This document shows, piece by piece, positions 29,908 through 39,160 of a DNA stretch of 64,000 bases. The notes beneath the pieces are model-generated. The model did not search any database, had not been told where the DNA came from, and saw only the letters and a program-made list of their open reading frames with translations. Origin of the DNA: an uncultured candidate division Zixibacteria bacterium (GTDB lineage: Bacteria > Zixibacteria > MSB-5A5 > GN15 > FEB-12); contig CAWDXE010000007.1 in NCBI GenBank assembly GCA_963806185.1, forward strand, positions 64,001 to 128,000. Reading direction: 5' to 3'. The position numbers and the translations under genes are program-made. Numbering within the stretch: position 1 is the first letter of the stretch; each line of letters starts with the position of its first letter.

Positions 29908-31062
29908 ATGCTTGACACACCAGACCGTGGTTTGCCGCCCTGTTCGCCTGATTGCTGCTCGCCGGTGCAGATCACTACTCTTCAAAGCCATCCCCGGGTG
30001 GCGATACGCATGCCCATTCCCAAAGATCCGTGGGTCATCGGAACGGTTGCATCGCCATTCGGGGAAATCCCTCAGGTTGATGCGAAGTTGCAGTGGCTCG
30101 ATACTCTTGGCTCCTGGAAGGCTCGATGGGGCATCGGGCGTTCGAATTACAGCGTCCAGCCGCGCCTCTATGCCGTCGGCAATCCCGCCAAAACATCACC
30201 GGTGTTCGTTACGGCCAACTATAAGATGAGTTTTGACCGTCTCCGGTCGAACCTGGCTGATATCGACGGCTGGATCCTGGTTCTGGATACCAAGGGCATC
30301 AACGTATGGTGCGCGGCTGGTAAGGGCACCTTTGGCACCGAGGAACTTATCCGTCGAGTTGAGGTAGAGGGTCTGAAGCAGATTGTGTCTCATCGCCGCC
30401 TGATTCTCCCGCAGTTGGGTGCCACCGGCGTCAGCGCGCACCACACGCGCGAGCGCAGCGGTTTCCACGTTTTCTACGGCCCCGTCCGGGCGAAGGATAT
30501 TCCAGAGTTCATGCAAGCCAGGATGAAGGCGACCGAAGCCATGCGGAAAATCACCTTTACGCTGGCCGAACGGGCAGTCCTGATCCCGATCGAGTTTGTA
30601 AACAATCTTAAATACGCGCTCTTCGCAGCTGCGTGCCTGCTGCTACTCACCGGCGTTGGGTTGGATATCTACTCTCTGGATCGAGTGAAGGATTTCGGCA
30701 TCACCAATGCCGGCTTGGTACTTCTGTCAACTTTGTGCGGTGCATTGTTGCCCGCGCTGCTTTTGCCGTGGTTACCGGGGCGGGCGTTTTCGTTCAAGGG
30801 AGCTGCTGCCGGGCTACTGCCAGCAATCGGCATCGCCGCTCTGATGTGGTGGCATCCGGAGACTTTTCGCAATCGGGTCAGCGGCACTAGCTGGATGTTC
30901 ATTTTCCCAGCGGTGTCGAGCTTTCTAGGGATGAACTTCACGGGTAGTTCGACTTATACGTCGTTGTCAGGCGTCAAGAAAGAGATGCGCGTTGCCTTGC
31001 CAGCACAGATTTCAGTCGCTGTGTGCGGACTCGTATTGTGGCTAGTAGGATTGTTCATATGA
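29908..31062 (+). CDS. hgcA: Mercury methylation corrinoid protein HgcA
   Basis: TANYKMSFD, diagnostic cap helix GINVWCAAGKGTFG, LPQLGA, C-terminal TMs, NFTGSSTYTSLSGVKKEM; hgcB adjacent. Confidence 0.97.
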   Translation: MLDTPDRGLPPCSPDCCSPVQITTLQSHPRVAIRMPIPKDPWVIGTVASPFGEIPQVDAKLQWLDTLGSWKARWGIGRSNYSVQPRLYAVGNPAKTSPVFVTANYKMSFDRLRSNLADIDGWILVLDTKGINVWCAAGKGTFGTEELIRRVEVEGLKQIVSHRRLILPQLGATGVSAHHTRERSGFHVFYGPVRAKDIPEFMQARMKATEAMRKITFTLAERAVLIPIEFVNNLKYALFAAACLLLLTGVGLDIYSLDRVKDFGITNAGLVLLSTLCGALLPALLLPWLPGRAFSFKGAAAGLLPAIGIAALMWWHPETFRNRVSGTSWMFIFPAVSSFLGMNFTGSSTYTSLSGVKKEMRVALPAQISVAVCGLVLWLVGLFI

Positions 31063-31355
31063 CGACCAAGTATCTCTCGGGCGTTGTAACGCTCGAGCTT
31101 AATTCGGATAAGTGCAATGGCTGCGGTATGTGCCTACAGGTTTGTCCGCACGCCGTCTTTGCGCTCGAGAATAAGCGGGCGAAGATTGTCGATCTCGATG
31201 CATGTATGGAATGTGGGGCTTGTGCTTTGAATTGCCCAGAAGGCGCGATTAGCGTTCGGTCCGGAGTTGGATGTGCAGCGGGCATTTTGACCGGAGCTTT
31301 ACGAGGAACTGAACCCACTTGCGGTTGCGGAGATGACTCGGGGGGTTGCTGCTAA
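31059..31355 (+). CDS. hgcB: Mercury methylation ferredoxin HgcB
   Basis: CNGCGMCLQVCP and CMECGACALNCP 2x[4Fe-4S], GVGCA, C-terminal CC; ATGA overlap with hgcA. Confidence 0.96.
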   Translation: MTTKYLSGVVTLELNSDKCNGCGMCLQVCPHAVFALENKRAKIVDLDACMECGACALNCPEGAISVRSGVGCAAGILTGALRGTEPTCGCGDDSGGCC

Positions 31356-31697
31356 CATATGGCCTCAAGTGTGCACCGTAGTATTTCAACAGACATGTTG
31401 TATGATGTTGAAGTCACTTGTATAGCGGTTCAGCTAAAGTTGCATATCACAAAGCTATTTGCCAGAGTTGGGGCCGGAGCTTGCGAATATCTGTTGAATG
31501 CCTCGAAGCTCTTAAAACGGAATGCGCAATCCATGATCGGATTGTGGCGTTTGGGACCAATTGGGGACCGTGGGACTTCAAAACAGTCAATACGCACTAC
31601 GAATCATTCAAAACTATTTGATGACGCAATCAATTGGTGGAACTCACCTTACGGCGTAATTGACACAATGACAATCATTTATGGGAAACATACAGTA

Positions 31698-31718
31698 CGA
31701 ATCCCTACCTCTCCGCAT
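31698..31718 (+). repeat. attR (21-bp copy of tRNA-Ser 3' end)
   Basis: CGAATCCCTACCTCTCCGCAT identical to 15397-15417. Confidence 0.9.
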
Positions 31719-31898
31719 TTTTCTTACTAAATCATTACAATTGAAGTTGTAGACGATGTGCGCTATGTTGGAGATAATGGGCGGGCAGGTCGGAAGACTT
31801 GCTGCGCACGGAACCCACCGCTGGCCTTGGGCCAGCGAAGATAAGAGAAAGACGCGGGCCACCGGCCGTCGTATTCGGGAAATAAGGTGTGCTACCGG

Positions 31899-32330
31899 CT
31901 ACGTGTGCCACCAGTCGACAATATGCTCATCTTTCCACCGAAGCCAGATGGTGTCGGGAGCCTGTGGTCCTCTCGTGAGCAGAGAATCTTCTTTCGCCCA
32001 CGCATGGAGCCAACTCATGACGACGATCGTACTATCATTTAGGACGGTTACGGATGCTGAATCTGCGTCGTGATAAACAGCGAGTTTCTGGCTCAGCCCG
32101 GGCAGCTCCCATCCGCGAAATAGATAATCCGCTATTGGAAACCGAACCCACAGCACATCGACGGTATTGCTGGGCCACGGGCACTTAAACACGGTAACGA
32201 CGTCGTCATTGATCACGTGTCGTTCAAGTCGATCAAGTTGTAGGCCCGAAAGTACTATGGGACCCAGCATTATCACTAGAAGGCAAACGAACGCAAAGCC
32301 AAGTCTGCGTGCCGGTGTGGACCTTTCCAT
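31899..32330 (-). CDS. Hypothetical membrane-anchored protein
   Basis: ORF with N-terminal hydrophobic segment; no recognisable motif. Confidence 0.4.
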   Translation of the reverse strand: MERSTPARRLGFAFVCLLVIMLGPIVLSGLQLDRLERHVINDDVVTVFKCPWPSNTVDVLWVRFPIADYLFRGWELPGLSQKLAVYHDADSASVTVLNDSTIVVMSWLHAWAKEDSLLTRGPQAPDTIWLRWKDEHIVDWWHT

Positions 32331-32738
32331 GAAATACATATAACTCTCAACAATAGTACAATTGAAACTCAGAAATTGCCGTAGAATCCTCGAATCAAAT
32401 AGTATCTGTCGATCGACTGGTGTCCCACGGCAAGCCGTGGGCCACCGAAAAGAAGAGAAAGACACGGGCTGCCCACCGCATAGGCGGTGGGGTACGGAGA
32501 ACAGCCGGCTGAAAACCGCGCTTGACGAAGCCCTATCGCTCCACATTTATTAGCTCAACGCTATCCTAAACTCCTTATAGAACGGCAACTGTATTGACGG
32601 CATCAAGGCCGATCGATTTGTGAGTGCAACGACGTAAGGATGGACCCCCGACGCAACCGGGGGACGGGAGTAATCATGATGAGCAATACCAACAGGCGGC
32701 GTACCTTGGGTTCAAACGCTCTTGGCTCGAGGCAGGCC

Positions 32739-33416
32739 ATGGAGAGGACTTGCCTCCTCCTCGCGTGCGCGGTGATCTGGTTCGCTCCTGCGGGTGAAGC
32801 CCGCACGCGTAGCCTGGATGATACGCTTCCCAGACAACTGACTTCCTATGTCACCGTATTCGGAGGGTATCATCTCGGCTTTGGCGGCAATACCACGGTC
32901 GAATGGCAGGACGAGTACAACTACCATATCGCGACTCTGGGGTATAGCGATCTCTTCAAAGCCTCCCCCAACGTCGGTGTATCAATCGGTACCTATGGGA
33001 ACGGTTTTGGCATGCAGGTCGGGTTGCGGTATTCCCAGTACCGCGTCAAAAGCTCAGTGCAGGTGCGGGACGAAGTCGGCAACGTAGTTTTGTTGATACC
33101 GTCCGACCACGATCTCTCGCTCTACAATTTTGATTTTGGGCTGATCTTTCCGCTCACCAATATGCACTCGCGCGTCATTCCCGTGCTGGCACCGTCGATC
33201 TCTTCAGCCGCCGATGAATCGTTTTTTCAGCAGAGCGGACGTCTGTTCCACGTAGTGATCACCGGCATGGTGATCATCCGGGTTAACGCGAAGGCGGCCG
33301 GCAAGAATTATCTCGGCGTGATTCCGAGTGTTTCGTACGATGTGGGTCGGAAAGACAGGCTGCCGGCGACGTTGTTTGTCAATGTCGGCTTGGGATGGTT
33401 TATGTCCCGATGGTAA
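32739..33416 (+). CDS. Hypothetical outer membrane beta-barrel protein
   Basis: Signal peptide; amphipathic strands, terminal FVNVGLGWF. Confidence 0.55.
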   Translation: MERTCLLLACAVIWFAPAGEARTRSLDDTLPRQLTSYVTVFGGYHLGFGGNTTVEWQDEYNYHIATLGYSDLFKASPNVGVSIGTYGNGFGMQVGLRYSQYRVKSSVQVRDEVGNVVLLIPSDHDLSLYNFDFGLIFPLTNMHSRVIPVLAPSISSAADESFFQQSGRLFHVVITGMVIIRVNAKAAGKNYLGVIPSVSYDVGRKDRLPATLFVNVGLGWFMSRW

Positions 33417-33473
33417 TGACATCAGGATCGCCCGGCAGGAGTGGTTGGGCGGTCAGTAGAAGGAGTGCGATTC

Positions 33474-34245
33474 ATGCCCTCGAAGTTTACGCGAGCGATT
33501 GTCCGGCAGCCGGGAAGATCGATGGTGCGCGGGCTCACCACGGCGAATCTTGGCGTGCCGGATTTCGAGAAGGCCCAGAGGCAGCATTGTGCCTATGTAC
33601 AGGCTTTGCTCCAATGCGGGCTGACTGTCATCTATTTGCCGGCTGACGAGAGCAACCCGGACTCGACATTTGTGGAGGACACCGCGCTGCTCACACCGGC
33701 ATGTGCGATCATAATGAGGTCGGGAGCGGAAACGCGCCGGGGGGAGACGGAACATATTGAGAACCCCATTCGAGATTTCTTTCCCTTCATTCATCGAGTA
33801 GAAGCTCCGGGGACGGCCGACGCCGGCGATATCATGGCGGTCGGTCGGCATTACTACATCGGGATTTCAGAGCGGACGAATGAGGAGGGAGCCCGGCAAA
33901 TTATCGAAATACTGCAGCGGCACGGGATGACGGGATCGACTATTTCCGTCGGGCAAGGCCTGCACATGAAGTCCGGTGTTTCGTATCTGGAGAATGACAC
34001 GGTGCTTGTCACCGACAGCTTCAGAGCAGCGTCCGGATTGAGTCAGATGCGTCAGATCCCGGTGTCTGACGACGAACAGTATGCGGCCAACAGCCTCTGG
34101 ATCAATGACACGGTCCTCGTGCCGAGTGGTTTTCCCAAGACAGAACGGGCCATCCAATCCTGTGGCTATAAGACGATTTCTCTCGATGTCTCTGAGATTT
34201 CGCAAGCTGGACGGTGGGCTGAGCTGCCTGTCCCTGCGACTCTAA
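33474..34245 (+). CDS. Dimethylarginine dimethylaminohydrolase / amidinotransferase (+1 frameshift near 34197)
   Basis: PDSTFVEDTA, HMKSG; the family C-terminus FRKLDGGLSCLS lies in the +1 frame, ending TAA at 34245. Confidence 0.85.
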
Positions 34246-34255
34246 TCCAGCTTCT

Positions 34256-34621
34256 TCAACAATTGACTTCTGAAGGCAGGGCTTTTACGGCGTACTCTGC
34301 CTGGATGAGCACGATGAGGAGTTCTGTATCTTGCGGAAGAGCGGCAAATTGGAGCCCAACGTCAAAGACGCCACGGTTGGCGGTTTTCGATTTCCATTTA
34401 CAGGTGGCTTTTAGGTCGATAGTTCGGGTACTCATGACCGGTCTGGGCAGGACGACCTTGAGTTGGTACTGTCGCCCTTTCTCGAAGGGACCCTTGCCGG
34501 TGAGCATCATGCCATGAATGGACAGGTCGCGCAGGAAACCTACCGTGACGTTGGTGGCGCTGTCTTTGACGGGGATGGTCTCAGGGGCGACAATCCTTCG
34601 CGCTTTGCGTTTTTCGGCCAT
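34256..34621 (-). CDS. PilZ domain protein
   Basis: RxxxR (EKRKARR) and DxSxxG (DLSIHG). Confidence 0.8.
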   Translation of the reverse strand: MAEKRKARRIVAPETIPVKDSATNVTVGFLRDLSIHGMMLTGKGPFEKGRQYQLKVVLPRPVMSTRTIDLKATCKWKSKTANRGVFDVGLQFAALPQDTELLIVLIQAEYAVKALPSEVNC

Positions 34622-34715
34622 GCGGATGCCCTCCGTCACAAGTTGGTTGCCCCCTACAACGGTATCGACACAACTGACGACGGCCTGAACGGCCGTTGGA
34701 ATCCGGCCTGATATA

Positions 34716-36469
34716 TCAGGTCTGGGTAGTCAGCCACGCCTGCATCCGTCGGTCGAGCATATCGAGCGGAAGGCAACCGGCGCCGAGGATCTGGTCGTGG
34801 AAGGCGCGAATGTCGAAACGGGGGCCGAGCGTCTTTCTCGCATCTGGCGCGAATCTCGCTGATCCTCAGTTCGCCGATTTTATAGGCGAGTGCCTGGCCG
34901 GGCCATACGATGTAGCGGTCGATTTCCACCTGGATGTCGTGGCGTGACTTGCTGGAATTCTCCATGAAGAAGGCAATGGCTTGCTCGCGAGTCCAGCCCT
35001 TGGCGTGCAGGGCGGGATCGACGACGAGGCGGATGGCGCGCCACATCTCGTAGGTGAGCTGGCCGAATTTGGCGTAGGGGTCGCCGTAGAAGCCCATGTC
35101 CTCGCCGAGGCGTTCGGAATAGAGCGCCCAACCCTCGCCGTAGGCGGTAATCCACATGTATTTTCTGAATTCGGGGATGCCCTGCAATTCCTGCATCAAG
35201 CGCGATCTGCAAATGGTGGCCGGGGACAGCCTCGTGAAGGGTGAGGGCTTCCATTTCCCACTTCGGGCGGGATTTCAGATCATAGGTATTGGCATAGAAA
35301 TAGCCGGGGCGGCCGGCGGCAGGTGAGCCGGGTTCGTAGTAGGCAGTGGTCTGGGATTTTTCGGCATACGACGGAATCGGGGTTACGCCGTAGGGGAGGC
35401 GGGGCAAAGTGCCAAACAGGCGGGCCAGTTCGGGGTCGACGCGTTTGGAAATGTCGCGATACGTGGTGAGCAGTTCGGCAGCCGAGGTGCAGAAGAAGCG
35501 GGGATCGGTGCGCAGGAATTCACACCAGGCGGCAAAATCACCGGAGAAATTGGCGGAGGCAATGACGGCCTGCATTTCGCGCTTGATGCGGGTCACCTCG
35601 GACATGCCGATGTCGAAAATCTGATCGGGGGTGAGATCGGTGGTGGTATGGCGACGAACGAGGAAGCGGTACCAGTCGAGGCCGTTGGGGAGGTCGGTCC
35701 AGGCGGTGGTTGTCCGGCAGGCAGGGAGGTAGCGGTCGCGCAGGAAGGTATGGAGTGATTTCAGGGCAGGAGTGATTTGTTCGGTGAAGATCGCCCGAGC
35801 TTCTTCGCAGGCGCCGATAAAGTCGACGGACTTGTCGGTGCGGGCGGAGCGTTCGAAGGCGGCGAGCATCGGAGAGGCGTGGGGATCCTCGATAATCTGA
35901 TTGAGCACCTGCTGAGGGAGCTCGGCGACACAGGCGCGGGGCGGCGTTATGCCGCGTTCGATGCCTTGCGCGAGAAGATCAGTTGTCTGAGCGAGGAAGG
36001 CGGGGACAGCCTCGAGGCGGCGGAGGATATTTTCGCGCTGTTCAGCCGATTGCGCGCTCATCATGGAAAGCATGCGGGGGATATTCTGATGAGGGCCGTC
36101 CATCTGCGTGACCAGCGTCAGCTCGGTCGGGAAGGTGAGTTCCTCGGCGTCGACGTCGAGGCTGCGTTTGAATAAATCGTAAGATAACTGATCGTCGGCT
36201 GTCAGGGCGGAGCGATCGATGGCGCTCAGGGCGCGGAGTTGAATGCCGGTGGCGGAACGGCGGCGACGCCAGCCGTCGGCGGAGTAATCGGGCCAGCGAT
36301 CATCGTAGCCGGGGAAACCATTGGCCGTGGCCGCGTCGGGGCTTTCGGCCATGGTGTAGTGCCAGGCGAGATCGAGAAGTCGGTGGAAACGGGCTGAGAC
36401 ATCCGTGATTGAGTGGTTGGCGGGGAATAGCTCTAGTTGTGATAATAGCTCTATTTGCGTGGGGGTCAT
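34716..36469 (-). CDS. DUF885 family protein (two +1 frameshifts near 35200 and 34835)
   Basis: HEAVPGHHLQ, EGWALYSE, WPGQALAYKIG, then FDIRAFHD in the third frame. Confidence 0.85.
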
Positions 36470-36569
36470 GATCGCATCTCCTTACTCATGCCGAAAGATA
36501 CGGCACGAAGGAATACGTTGCAATGGCCGGCGCGCGGCGGCATTCGGCAAGGGTGATGGATTGATGGAT

Positions 36570-37874
36570 TTAGCGAGCGGCGACCGGTTGCTCGACATCG
36601 GCAAGATGTCGCTTCAACCGCTGCTCAACGTTGGCCATGTAGGAGGAATCGTGGGCCAGAACGCCATCGGTGGCGGTAATCTTGGTCAACTCTTCGATGA
36701 CGGAACGGAGAGCGTCGACGCCGGCAATGATACTGTGGACGTGGTCAGTGACAATGCGCTGGGGGTCGACGATGCTGCCGCTCTCCACGGCTTTCTGTAC
36801 CTGGTCGGCGCGATCGCGGACGATAGCGGAGGCCTCGTACATGTACCGAGAGAAAGTAAGGGTAGCCTGCCGGAGCGATTGCCAGCTTGACCGAGCGAGC
36901 TGGTCGTGGGCGATCTGCTGCTGCATCTGGCGGTTTTCGCGGAGGAGAGTCTCGACAGTCAGGTACTGTTCGAACAGAAGTTGGTTGGCCTGAGAGAGGA
37001 TCTCCTCCGGCTGGCCGATTTCGATTTCGAGGAACTGAGCCTCCTTGATGGTCTGTTCGAACAAGCGGACCTCGAGGGCGGTCAGATGCTCGACCGGGAT
37101 ATTCAAGTTGACCCGCATGATGTCTTTGTTTTCGATATCGAAAGCATTGGAAGTCGCGTTGGCGGCCAGGCCGAAGTGCGAGATCAGATGAGCGAGGGCG
37201 ACGATTTGCGGAAGGATCAGTTCCGGTGTTGTTGTCCCAGGGACGAAGACCGAGTGGTGGCGGCCGACGGCTTCGCAGATGCGATCGGGGAGGTGCCACT
37301 GTTGAAGGAGGAATTGTCCGACGCGGGCGTGATTGGTGCCCCAGAGTTCTTCCTCCTGCTCCATCATTTCGCCATTTTTGTGGGCCTGTTTCCAGAGGCG
37401 GGCGAATTCGGCGGGGTATGATTTTTCAAGAATCAGCACGCCGATATCGTGCAGCAGGCCGGAGATGAATGCTTCTTCCGCGTGCGGGTATTTGATTTCC
37501 TCGGCGATCAGGCGCGCAGCGATGGCGACCTCGAGTGAGTGGCGCCAGAAACGTGTTCGTTCGAGTGACGACTGCCAGCTATCGGTCATGCGGTAGACGG
37601 AAGACGAGAGGGCCAGGGCGGTGACCTGGCGCATGCCGAGAGTCATGACGGCCTGGGTCATGGTGCCGATTTGCCGGCCGACGCCGTAGAAGGGGGAATT
37701 GACGATGCGGAGGACGCGCGCAGTCAGGGAAGGGTCCTTCATAATCACGCCGGCCAGATCGCCGGCGGAGGAGTTTTCATCGTTAACGACACGCATCACT
37801 TCGGAGAGCGTCTGAGGCAGAGAGGCCAGATGGCGATTGTCGTTGAGGACCTTTTTGATGACGTTGTTGTCCAT
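36570..37874 (-). CDS. HDOD domain signalling protein with C-terminal coiled coil
   Basis: LASLP, DPSLTARVLRIVNS, FWRHS, GLLHDIG. Confidence 0.88.
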   Translation of the reverse strand: MDNNVIKKVLNDNRHLASLPQTLSEVMRVVNDENSSAGDLAGVIMKDPSLTARVLRIVNSPFYGVGRQIGTMTQAVMTLGMRQVTALALSSSVYRMTDSWQSSLERTRFWRHSLEVAIAARLIAEEIKYPHAEEAFISGLLHDIGVLILEKSYPAEFARLWKQAHKNGEMMEQEEELWGTNHARVGQFLLQQWHLPDRICEAVGRHHSVFVPGTTTPELILPQIVALAHLISHFGLAANATSNAFDIENKDIMRVNLNIPVEHLTALEVRLFEQTIKEAQFLEIEIGQPEEILSQANQLLFEQYLTVETLLRENRQMQQQIAHDQLARSSWQSLRQATLTFSRYMYEASAIVRDRADQVQKAVESGSIVDPQRIVTDHVHSIIAGVDALRSVIEELTKITATDGVLAHDSSYMANVEQRLKRHLADVEQPVAAR

Positions 37875-37927
37875 AGCATGCCCTTGAGAGGTTATCGGCG
37901 CGGCGGCGGAAAAGTTGAGTAGGGAGG

Positions 37928-39160
37928 TTATATCTGTCGTGATCGTTTGACCTGCAGGCGGGCGAGGCGGTGATTGAGTTGCTCGCGATGGTGCAGGCCA
38001 AACGGGCAGGTGGCGAGGGCGGCGTTGGTGCAGGCGATAGCTTGAGTGACATCGGCGCCGTGGCGCTCGAAGTACTTGGCCAATTCGAGATTGGCGAAAT
38101 ATCCTTCGCGAGTCTCCAAGCCGGCTAACTGTTGCCAAAGGGCGACCGCGCGGTCGTACTGGCCGCAGCGCTTAAAGGTGTTGGCGTGGTAGAGGGTAAT
38201 ATCCGGAGCGAGGGCCGGCTGAGAGGGATCGGGCTCGATGCGGCCGTACAATTCAACGACGCGGTCGAGCTGACGTCGACGGCCGTAGACCCGGGAGAGG
38301 GAATGGAGATCGTCGACGTCGAACAATACCTCGCCGCGCGTCTGGAAGATTTCAGCGATGTGCACGGCCAAAGCGGCGAGGGCGATGATATCCCGACGAT
38401 TGTGTTCCAGAGTTCCCACCAGACCGTCTGTTTTCTGGTAGGAAAGCCAATCGAAATAGAGGGAGGGAATGAGGTAGCCGGGAGTGTCGTTGACGCGGTG
38501 ATAGTCGAAGATCATCCGTTCGATATTGGTGAGCTGACAGTCGCGCAGGCGGCGGCGGTAGAGGCGGCGGGCGGCGTGGAGAAGATCAAAATGACCCGCG
38601 TGAGGGAGTTCTCGGGCGACCCGATTAATGATTACGCGATCGCGGAGCAAAGGGAGATCGAAAGCGGCGCCGTTGTAGGTGACGAGGTGGGCCTGAGGGG
38701 AGAATTCGTTCAGCGCGAACTCAAGCATGGCCGCCTCGTCGGCATAGTCGGGAAGCAAGTATTGTCTGATCTCAAAACCGGATTCGGTCAGGCGACCGAT
38801 GCCGATGAGGAAGGCGACGGCGCCGGCGCCGCCGAGGCCGGTGGTTTCGGTGTCGAGAAAGAGCATGTCGCGCAGAGACACCTGGCCCTCGTGTTCATCG
38901 GCGGTGAAGCAAGAGACGGGCAGGTCGGCCATGGCGAAAGCGTCGTTCGGGGTCAGGTCGCGAATGAGATGAGTGAAGTCGACTGATCGTCGCACCAGGC
39001 AACTGCATCCGGCAGTATGGTGGTGAAGTTCGCCCTCAACCGAAGCGGCCAGGATGGCGTACCGATCGTGCGTTGGGTCTTTTCCTGATGTTGGTGCCGG
39101 GGTCGGGTTGAGGTGATGCTTCAGGCGGGCGAGACGATCGTTGAGGTTATTGGGTTCCAT
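37928..39160 (-). CDS. RNase H-like (YprB-type) exonuclease domain + TPR protein
   Basis: FLDTETTGL, TYNGAAFDLP, HFDLLH, HNRRD. Confidence 0.82.
   Translation of the reverse strand: MEPNNLNDRLARLKHHLNPTPAPTSGKDPTHDRYAILAASVEGELHHHTAGCSCLVRRSVDFTHLIRDLTPNDAFAMADLPVSCFTADEHEGQVSLRDMLFLDTETTGLGGAGAVAFLIGIGRLTESGFEIRQYLLPDYADEAAMLEFALNEFSPQAHLVTYNGAAFDLPLLRDRVIINRVARELPHAGHFDLLHAARRLYRRRLRDCQLTNIERMIFDYHRVNDTPGYLIPSLYFDWLSYQKTDGLVGTLEHNRRDIIALAALAVHIAEIFQTRGEVLFDVDDLHSLSRVYGRRRQLDRVVELYGRIEPDPSQPALAPDITLYHANTFKRCGQYDRAVALWQQLAGLETREGYFANLELAKYFERHGADVTQAIACTNAALATCPFGLHHREQLNHRLARLQVKRSRQI

Larger units (their letters stand above)
15397..31718. mobile_element. tRNA-Ser-integrated genomic island carrying arsenic resistance and mercury methylation genes (no integrase seen)
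   Basis: Perfect 21-bp direct repeat CGAATCCCTACCTCTCCGCAT at 15397-15417 and 31698-31718; AT-rich inner flanks; all cargo genes on the + strand. Confidence 0.88.

Noticed and set aside
29908..31062. CO dehydrogenase/acetyl-CoA synthase corrinoid subunit rather than HgcA
   Set aside because: Has the NVWCAAGK cap helix, C-terminal TMs and adjacent HgcB; no acs/cdh genes nearby.
15397..31718. mer (mercury resistance) operon
   Set aside because: No MerA, MerB or MerR-like sequences seen.
31359..31730. 123-aa ORF at the island right end as integrase or excisionase
   Set aside because: No recombinase motifs, crosses attR, AT-rich; probably spurious.
33441..34517. 358-aa DDAH with novel C-terminal extension
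   Set aside because: The extension comes from a frameshift near 34197 and overlaps the PilZ gene antisense.
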